Source: Candidatus Latescibacterota bacterium (GTDB lineage: Bacteria > Latescibacterota > UBA2968). From it: 64,000 nucleotides of DNA. The position numbers were made by a program, and so were the translations under genes. Positions 57,276 through 64,000 of this stretch are shown here, piece by piece (position 1 is the stretch's first letter; the number at the start of each line of letters is the position of its first letter). Location of the stretch: assembly GCA_965116885.1 (NCBI GenBank), contig OZ220741.1:5472001-5536000 (forward strand), written 5' to 3'. The notes under the pieces are model-generated. The model was not told where the DNA came from, ran no database searches, and saw only the letters and a list, made by a program, of their open reading frames with translations.

Positions 57276-59060
57276 TCATCTGCGTTCATCTGCGTAATCT
57301 GCGGATGCTTTTCTATCCCCCACCGGAGCCTCAACGCGAACCGTTACAATATCCGCATCGTGATATTGCTGGTGGCGCACAGACGACGCGAAATGCTGAA
57401 GCAAGCGCAGCGAGATCTCATGCTCTACTGGCATCTCGTCTGTATGTTCTCTGAGATAGGCCAGGCGGTCTTCAATATTCCCCTCACCTGTCGAAGCGAT
57501 AAACTCGAGTTCCGCGCCATTGTTTCCATCGCTGCGAACAATCAGAAGCAGGCGTTTCTTCGCTTGTTCGCCCTCCCCTTGCTGAATGAGAATCAGAAGG
57601 GTTTCTTCGGCAGACAGACACAGCCGATTTGTCATCTCGGCATTCCACCCCCTGCGCGAGGCGAATTTTTCGAGAAACGCCACAATCTCTGGCAAAGCCT
57701 CGACAGCGAGCGCGGCCTCCAGGCGCTGTCGGCGCGGGGCTGTCAACTCCATAAACAACGTCAAAAAAATCGCCGTAAGGCCACCGGACGTCATGCCATT
57801 GCCAAGCAGTGACCCCCACCACTCGCCGAGATAGTCCGCAAAAATCGCCTGATTCTGGAAGCCTACGCCAATCCAGAACGCGGTCCCCGCAATCAGCGCC
57901 TTGCGATAATCCACACCATCCTGCACGATGATCCGCATACCCACGACAAAAAGCAGTGCCAGCAACACGATCACATAAGCCCCAACCACGGGATTGGGGA
58001 TAGCCAGAAGAAGTGCCGCCACCTTGGGCAGAAAGGACGCCACCACAAATACAATGCCAATACACACGCCGACGCCGCGTGCGGCAACGCCGGTGAGTTC
58101 TGTGAGCGAAACACTGGACGAATAGGTCGTATTGGGAACAGTTCCTGCAATACCAGAAAGCAGATTGCCCACGCCATCTGCGGTAACTGCACCCTGTACT
58201 ACGCGAAAATCGGACGCCCGTGGCGTGCGCCACGAAACCTTCTGGATAGCGATAGAATCGCCAATTGTTTCGATCGCACCGACCAGGGTCACAAATATGA
58301 AGGCGGGAAGAAGCGACCAGAAAACAGGGCCAAAGCCGAGATCCAAACCCGGCCAACCGCCCGCTTCGGGAATCCCTATCCAAGGCGCTTGGATAACGCG
58401 CTGAATATCGTACAGCCCAAAAAATGAGGCGACAACACATCCCACAACGATTCCGATGATCGGCACCCAAAGACGCCACATCCCCGAAACCCGCAGCGCG
58501 AGCACCACCACAAAGATCAGCGTCACGACCGCACACACCGGCGCGGCCTCTACCGGCGTTCCCTCGGGCACATCCGCCAACATATCAAAGACAATCGGCA
58601 TCACGGTCACCGCGATCAGCATGATCACCGTTCCAGCCACGGTTGGCGTAATGATTCGCCGCAACAATGAGAGCCGCGTCGAGAGCGCGAATTGGAACAA
58701 CGACGAAATAATGACCAGAGTTGCGAGCATCGCTGGCCCACCCTTGACAAGTGCCGTCACACAAACCGCGATAAACGCGCCAGAAGTACCCATAAGAAGC
58801 ACGTAACCAGCACCAATGCGCCAAACGCGCACAGCCTGTAATATCGTCGTTATCCCGCTGACCATCAGCGCGGCAAAAACCGCCCACGACAAAAAAGGCT
58901 CGCCCCCACCCGCGGCCCTCACCACGATGAGCGGCGTGATCACAATGCCCGCTATACAAAGCAGCGCAGCCTGAAACCCAAGTGCGAAAGTAATAGTATT
59001 TGGAGGCTGCTCATCGGGTTCGTAAAGTACTCTTTGACTACCGTCTTCAGATTGCATCAT
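57276..59060 (-). CDS. NCS2 (xanthine/uracil) permease with a C-terminal soluble extension
   Basis: ETIGD, ADGVGN, PNTTYS, TGVAAR, P.PVVGA; last ~140 aa hydrophilic. Confidence 0.85.
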   Translation of the reverse strand: MMQSEDGSQRVLYEPDEQPPNTITFALGFQAALLCIAGIVITPLIVVRAAGGGEPFLSWAVFAALMVSGITTILQAVRVWRIGAGYVLLMGTSGAFIAVCVTALVKGGPAMLATLVIISSLFQFALSTRLSLLRRIITPTVAGTVIMLIAVTVMPIVFDMLADVPEGTPVEAAPVCAVVTLIFVVVLALRVSGMWRLWVPIIGIVVGCVVASFFGLYDIQRVIQAPWIGIPEAGGWPGLDLGFGPVFWSLLPAFIFVTLVGAIETIGDSIAIQKVSWRTPRASDFRVVQGAVTADGVGNLLSGIAGTVPNTTYSSSVSLTELTGVAARGVGVCIGIVFVVASFLPKVAALLLAIPNPVVGAYVIVLLALLFVVGMRIIVQDGVDYRKALIAGTAFWIGVGFQNQAIFADYLGEWWGSLLGNGMTSGGLTAIFLTLFMELTAPRRQRLEAALAVEALPEIVAFLEKFASRRGWNAEMTNRLCLSAEETLLILIQQGEGEQAKKRLLLIVRSDGNNGAELEFIASTGEGNIEDRLAYLREHTDEMPVEHEISLRLLQHFASSVRHQQYHDADIVTVRVEAPVGDRKASADYADERR

Positions 59061-59072
59061 TCAAATCCCTTC

Positions 59073-60077
59073 TTAATACGATGTCAACAACTCATTGCCA
59101 TAAGCAAATAGCGCAGGCGTCCCACCCGTATGCACAAATACAACCGTCTGATCCCTGCGATACCATCCCTCGCGGATATGCTCAATCATTGCACCATACG
59201 TTTTGCCCGCATAAACGGGATCGAGCAATAACCCTTCGGTTTGCGCGGCCAACAAAACGGCCTCTCGCGCCCCTGGCGTCAGGACCCCATAAGCTGGCCC
59301 CGCGTACTTGCCATAACTCTCAAATTCACCCGCTGTAAAACTCAGATCCAAATTCAAAATTTTGCACACCTCATTTGCAACCTCGGCGAGTTGCACATTC
59401 TTTTTTTCATCGTCCTGTGGACTCGGACTTATGCCAATAATCCGCACATCAACACCCAGTGCTTTTGCCCCAACGACAAGCCCGGTATGCGTATGCACGC
59501 CCGCACACACATAGATGGCATCGGGTATCACATCCATAGCCTGCATCTGCTCCCACAATTCCAAAAACCCATCTACATAGGACACGCTGCGATAATAATA
59601 CCCATCCGAACTCGTGTTATAGACCCTGTGTCCATCGGCCTTTAACTTTTCAATAACAGCTACCTTCTCCTGCGCGCTCTCAATCAAATGCACCTCTGCG
59701 CCAAACAGATGCGTGAGCAGCAAATTGCCATTCACGGGATCTGCGTGGTCATCCTTGCGCCCCACCATCACCGCCTTCAGACCCAACCTCGCCGCAACCG
59801 CTGCGGTCAACCGCGATTGATTCGACTGCGATGCCGCGCCGTGAAGCAACACATCATACCCTTCATCCACAGCGGGTGCCACGGAATATTCAAACTCGCG
59901 CACCTTATTCCCCCCAAACGCCAACCCCGTCTGATCCTCGCGCTTGACCAGAATGCGCGGACCGCCCAACTTTGCCGCCAACCTCGGGCAATCCATCAAC
60001 GGCGTGGGCAAATCGGCAAGCGACAATCGGCTGCACGTCCCCAACGCCTCTCGGACCTCTCGAATCGAATAACTCAA
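59073..60077 (-). CDS. D-cysteine desulfhydrase / ACC deaminase family PLP enzyme
   Basis: PTPL, KREDQTGLAFGGNKVR, QSNQ, LDPVYAGK, HTGG. Confidence 0.92.
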   Translation of the reverse strand: MSYSIREVREALGTCSRLSLADLPTPLMDCPRLAAKLGGPRILVKREDQTGLAFGGNKVREFEYSVAPAVDEGYDVLLHGAASQSNQSRLTAAVAARLGLKAVMVGRKDDHADPVNGNLLLTHLFGAEVHLIESAQEKVAVIEKLKADGHRVYNTSSDGYYYRSVSYVDGFLELWEQMQAMDVIPDAIYVCAGVHTHTGLVVGAKALGVDVRIIGISPSPQDDEKKNVQLAEVANEVCKILNLDLSFTAGEFESYGKYAGPAYGVLTPGAREAVLLAAQTEGLLLDPVYAGKTYGAMIEHIREGWYRRDQTVVFVHTGGTPALFAYGNELLTSY

Positions 60078-60094
60078 GGGTATCGCTCCTCTTT

Positions 60095-61141
60095 TTAATT
60101 TTCTAACTCAACCGCCTGAAGCAGGGCTTTAATAAAGCCAAATTGAAAGGCAAATGCCTGCTCGAAATGCCCTTGTGCAGTGTGTCCGGGCGCGTGATCG
60201 GGAACAATCATGTGCGGATAGCCCACCTCCTTGAGCGCTTTCATCAGCACAAACATATTCATATCGCCCTCATCGGGATAAACCTCCTGAAACTTATTGC
60301 GCCCACCCGTAATATTGCGAAAATGGATGAGATGAATTTTTTTTCTCTCCCCAAAATAGCGAATAATATCGGCCACCTCATTGCGCGGATCCACAACGCT
60401 CTCCGCCATGCAGCCGAGACAGAGATTGAGACCGTGATAAGGACTTGGACAAATATCGATAAAACTCTTGAACCCATCGTATCCACCCAACACGCGATCA
60501 ACACTCTTATAACCCGGCGGCAACCAGGGATCGCACGGGTGACAGGCCATACGCACCTTGCATTCGGTGGCAACGGGAATAACGCGCTCCAAAAAGAAAG
60601 TGACATATTCCCAATTCTGTTCCGCTGTAACCGGTTCATCATACCGCGGCTTATCCGCATCGGCCTTAGACAAGTCCCACGTGGAATAGCGTATGCCCCC
60701 CCGCCCGAGCGGAACGCTTTCCGTGCGTTGATTTTCCATCTCGCAGAGAAAATACTTCAGCGCGGGAATACCCGCATCTGCAGCAGCGCGCACCATATCG
60801 CAGGCAATCTCGATTTCTTTTTCACCATCCTTCATATTCCCGCGCATAAACTCGGGCACAAAACTGCCATCGACATTGAGATGTTGCACCGGCAATGCCA
60901 CCATCTCCACGGTAATGCCGTGTTTTGCCGCCTTTTCTTTTTTTTCTACAATCTCTTCCACTGTCCAGCCGCGACTGGGGTCTGGCGTAATTTCTCTGGC
61001 ATCGTTGAGCGCCATATTTGTAACACCACACCGAGCGAGAAATTCGAGATGCTCATCCGACGTAGAAAAACGCTGTGTACCAATGTGCATGTGCGGGTTC
61101 TCCGGATCCCATTCTGCGCCTGCATACATTTCGGCTGCCAT
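60095..61141 (-). CDS. uxuA: mannonate dehydratase family protein
   Basis: FLERVIPVA, MACHPCDP, GLNLCLG, IHFRN, DEGDMNM, PDHAP. Confidence 0.8.
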   Translation of the reverse strand: MAAEMYAGAEWDPENPHMHIGTQRFSTSDEHLEFLARCGVTNMALNDAREITPDPSRGWTVEEIVEKKEKAAKHGITVEMVALPVQHLNVDGSFVPEFMRGNMKDGEKEIEIACDMVRAAADAGIPALKYFLCEMENQRTESVPLGRGGIRYSTWDLSKADADKPRYDEPVTAEQNWEYVTFFLERVIPVATECKVRMACHPCDPWLPPGYKSVDRVLGGYDGFKSFIDICPSPYHGLNLCLGCMAESVVDPRNEVADIIRYFGERKKIHLIHFRNITGGRNKFQEVYPDEGDMNMFVLMKALKEVGYPHMIVPDHAPGHTAQGHFEQAFAFQFGFIKALLQAVELEN

Positions 61142-61306
61142 GGTAATTCTCCTGTAATTTTTAATTTTTAATTCCTAATTCCTAATCTTAATTTTTCATG
61201 ATAATGCAAGAATTTCTGGATAGCAACATGATTGGGGATTGTGAGACGTGTAAAATTGTGGTATCTTCTCACCCCTCAAGCCCACCCTCAGAAACAGGAG
61301 CTTCTT

Positions 61307-62545
61307 ATGCGAGTCGAAATCAACAAACACGCCTTAGACCGCGTGCCGATCTCGATAATTTTTGATGACTCGACTGTACTGGTAAATCTAAACTATTTTT
61401 TTATGCGAGACCGCCAGGCTGTAGATGGAACGGATTATCGCTGGGAAGATGTACCCGTAGTACATCCGGAATCGTTCACCCGCGAATTTGCCGAATTCTG
61501 CCTGGAACACGACGTAAAGGGCAAATTCAGTGTGGTCCCCTGCCCCGCTGCGATTGGGCGAGTAGATCACGGACTCCCCCTGTTCTCCAAAGCGCAGCAA
61601 GAAAGCTGGTTGGCGATGTGCAGGGAACTGATTATGCCCAATTACGACATCACCCCGGAAATGATCACACACACCTTCGTGGTAGATCTGGAAACATTGC
61701 AACCTGTTGATCCAAACTTGTGGGAACAATGGGGATGGAACAATTTGCCAACCGACGAAGAAGAGCGGGTAACAAATTATATCGCGCTGGCGTGTGAGAT
61801 CTTGCACAATGTGGGCCTGACACCTGCAGGCGTCACAAGCCCGGGAGGATTTGGCAATCCAATAGACTTTTATGCAAAATGTGCGGAAAACGCCGTGCGA
61901 AGGATAACGGGCAATCCAACACCCTATCTATTCAAGCGCGTATCGTCCAGCGGTCCGGTAGATTGCCCGGTGTGGTATCCCAAACCCGAACGCGGCGAAG
62001 CAATGGGTGAAGTAATCGCAGCAACGGGTGATCGCACGGGATCGTGGACCGGATATGGCGAGGTAGATGTAGATTATTACATCACATCGGATCTTCAAGG
62101 TGGGCGTTTGCCCGAAGTCATCGACGCAGGCGACCCTGCCGTGATGATCAGCCACTGGCAGGGATTTTACGGGATTCACAATGAGGACCGCCGCGGATTT
62201 CGGGCATTTCAGACCATTGTGCGGCGGCTCAAAGAACGCGACCCCAATGGCGAGAAATCGCAGTGGCGCAAATGCAGTGAAATTACCAATTATGCAATCG
62301 CGCGCGAAATGGCTGATATAAAGGTAGAAAATCAAATAATAACACTCGATTTGCCCGTACAGGTGCCCGAATTCACATTGCGATTGCGCGATATAACAGT
62401 TACAGGCATAAAAATAAACGACAAAACTCTGACACCCGCGCTGACGAAAGCTGCCTTTCGAGATGGCACATATTATCGAGATGGCGATATAACACTGATA
62501 GCTTTTACACCCGAAGGCCGAAATGTCAAGATTGAAATAGAATAA
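61307..62545 (+). CDS. hypothetical protein, possibly NodB/polysaccharide-deacetylase-like fold
   Basis: AGGAG RBS; IIFDDS, KGKFSVVP, GVTSPGGFG, SHWQ; fold call is tentative. Confidence 0.5.
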   Translation: MRVEINKHALDRVPISIIFDDSTVLVNLNYFFMRDRQAVDGTDYRWEDVPVVHPESFTREFAEFCLEHDVKGKFSVVPCPAAIGRVDHGLPLFSKAQQESWLAMCRELIMPNYDITPEMITHTFVVDLETLQPVDPNLWEQWGWNNLPTDEEERVTNYIALACEILHNVGLTPAGVTSPGGFGNPIDFYAKCAENAVRRITGNPTPYLFKRVSSSGPVDCPVWYPKPERGEAMGEVIAATGDRTGSWTGYGEVDVDYYITSDLQGGRLPEVIDAGDPAVMISHWQGFYGIHNEDRRGFRAFQTIVRRLKERDPNGEKSQWRKCSEITNYAIAREMADIKVENQIITLDLPVQVPEFTLRLRDITVTGIKINDKTLTPALTKAAFRDGTYYRDGDITLIAFTPEGRNVKIEIE

Positions 62546-62560
62546 CGGGAAAACAAAAGA

Positions 62561-64000
62561 ATGACAAACGCAAAACTCAAACGGGAAATCGGCTTACTCG
62601 GTGTTTATGCAATCTCAACGGGTGCTACTCTGAGTGCTGGATTCTTTTTATTACCAGGTCTGGCTGCTGAACAGGCTGGTGCGGCCATTGTGCTGGCCTA
62701 TATTATCGCCGCTGTTCCACTGGTACCAGCGATGTTCAGCATTATTGAACTGGCAACCGCCATGCCTCGCGCAGGTGGCGTGTATTATTTTTTAGACCGG
62801 TCCCTCGGACCGTGGATGGGCACGCTTGGAGGCATTGGCACCTGGCTGGCACTCGTATTAAAAGTATCGTTCGCACTCGTGGGCCTGGGAGCTTACATCG
62901 CGCTCTATGTACCCGAGTTGCCAATAACCCCCGTAGCTGTCGCAATTGCGGTTGGACTGGGCATACTGAATCTATTGGGCACAGAGAAAAGCGGTGGATT
63001 TCAGATCGCACTGGTGCTGGGTTTGTTGATGATTCTGGGGATATTTATCGGAGGGGGCGTACCCGATATTGAACGCGCGCGATTGCCCGCCATATTCGAG
63101 GTAGATACCCACACAATTTTATCCACAGCGGGCCTGGTCTATATCAGTTATATCGGCGTGACAAAAGTCGCGAGTTTATCTGAAGAAATAAAACATCCCG
63201 AGCGCAATTTGCCTCTGGGCGTCATCTTATCATTGATCACAGCAGTTCTGGTATATGCTCTCGGCACGGGCGTCATGGTCGGTGTATTGCCGCTCGAACA
63301 ACTGGTTGGAGATTTGACCCCCGCCGCCTCAGCGGCCAAAGCCGTATTTGGCGACTGGGGCGCGATTATCATCTCCGTGGCTGCCCTCCTCGCCTTTACG
63401 TCGGTCGCCAATGCCGGAATGCTATCGTCTTCTCGCTACCCTCTGGCAATGAGCCGCGACCACATGATGCCGGGATTTTTTCAGCATTTGAATGCAAAAG
63501 GCGCACCTGTTCAAGGGGTATTGGTGACCATGGGCGTAATTGTTTTAATCCTCATCTTTCTCGATCCAACCAGAATTGCCAAATTGGCCAGTGCGTTTCA
63601 ATTATTGATGTTCGCGCTGTTGTGCCTGGCGGTAATTGTCATGCGCGAAAGCGGATTGGATTCCTACGACTCGGGATATCATTCGCCGCTATACCCGTGG
63701 ATGCAGTTATTCGGCATAGTATCTTCGTGTGTATTAATTGTCGAAATGGGCTGGCTCCCATCCCTGTTTTCTGCTGCACTGATCCTGCTGGGAACGATCT
63801 GGTACTTCAAATTTGCCCGGGACAAAGTCACCCGCGATGGTGCGATTTATCACATGTTTGAACGCTGGGGACAAAAGCGATACACCGGACTGGATGCCGA
63901 ACTGCGGGGCATATTAAAAGAAAAGGGATTGCGCGATGAAGACCCCTTTGAAGAGATCGCCGCACGAAGTCTGGTCATCGATCTGGACCGCCCCGCTGAG
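62561..64000 (+). CDS. APC-family amino acid permease, partial (runs off the window end)
   Basis: Manual translation MTNAKLKREIGLLGVYAISTGATLSAGFFLLPGLAA...ELATAMPRAGG...SEEIKHPERNLP; open to 64000. Confidence 0.9.
   Translation, partial: MTNAKLKREIGLLGVYAISTGATLSAGFFLLPGLAAEQAGAAIVLAYIIAAVPLVPAMFSIIELATAMPRAGGVYYFLDRSLGPWMGTLGGIGTWLALVLKVSFALVGLGAYIALYVPELPITPVAVAIAVGLGILNLLGTEKSGGFQIALVLGLLMILGIFIGGGVPDIERARLPAIFEVDTHTILSTAGLVYISYIGVTKVASLSEEIKHPERNLPLGVILSLITAVLVYALGTGVMVGVLPLEQLVGDLTPAASAAKAVFGDWGAIIISVAALLAFTSVANAGMLSSSRYPLAMSRDHMMPGFFQHLNAKGAPVQGVLVTMGVIVLILIFLDPTRIAKLASAFQLLMFALLCLAVIVMRESGLDSYDSGYHSPLYPWMQLFGIVSSCVLIVEMGWLPSLFSAALILLGTIWYFKFARDKVTRDGAIYHMFERWGQKRYTGLDAELRGILKEKGLRDEDPFEEIAARSLVIDLDRPAE

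Overview
64 kb bacterial chromosomal window. The gene content (PhyH dioxygenases, sulfatase, FGE-fold paralogues, GIWSDG-repeat protein, Rpn-like tails) resembles FCB-group (Latescibacterota/Gemmatimonadota-like) marine or sponge-associated genomes; this taxonomy is an inference. The backbone carries birA (partial), yejABEF, glnE-glnB, glgB and a long run of sugar/amino-acid catabolic and transport genes. Two accessory regions stand out. (1) An AT-richer minus-strand island (6.36-16.1 kb) behind a sigma54 promoter encodes an HTH-only AraC protein, a glycosyltransferase, HlyD, a 107-aa protein with an MKxLxK...VEAY leader like CLI_3235-family peptide precursors but a Cys-free, Thr-rich core, a TPR/C39-peptidase lipoprotein, a lipoprotein paralogue of the 107-aa protein, a peptidase-less ABC exporter and an S8-protease/TIGR04066-like fusion. 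It looks like a radical-SAM-free variant of a peptide maturation/export system. (2) A duplicated sigma54-driven cassette (29.3-32.4 kb and 40.1-45.1 kb) follows a soluble beta-propeller/Y_Y_Y/sigma54-activator fusion and encodes four secreted FGE/C-type-lectin-fold proteins. Their 3' ends vary mainly at positions 1-2 of NNC codons, the signature of diversity-generating-retroelement targets, but no reverse transcriptase or template repeat lies in the window. Between the two copies sit an HTH-ImmA/IrrE + PIN pair and an orphan MacB-type permease. No rRNA, tRNA, CRISPR array or integrase was seen.
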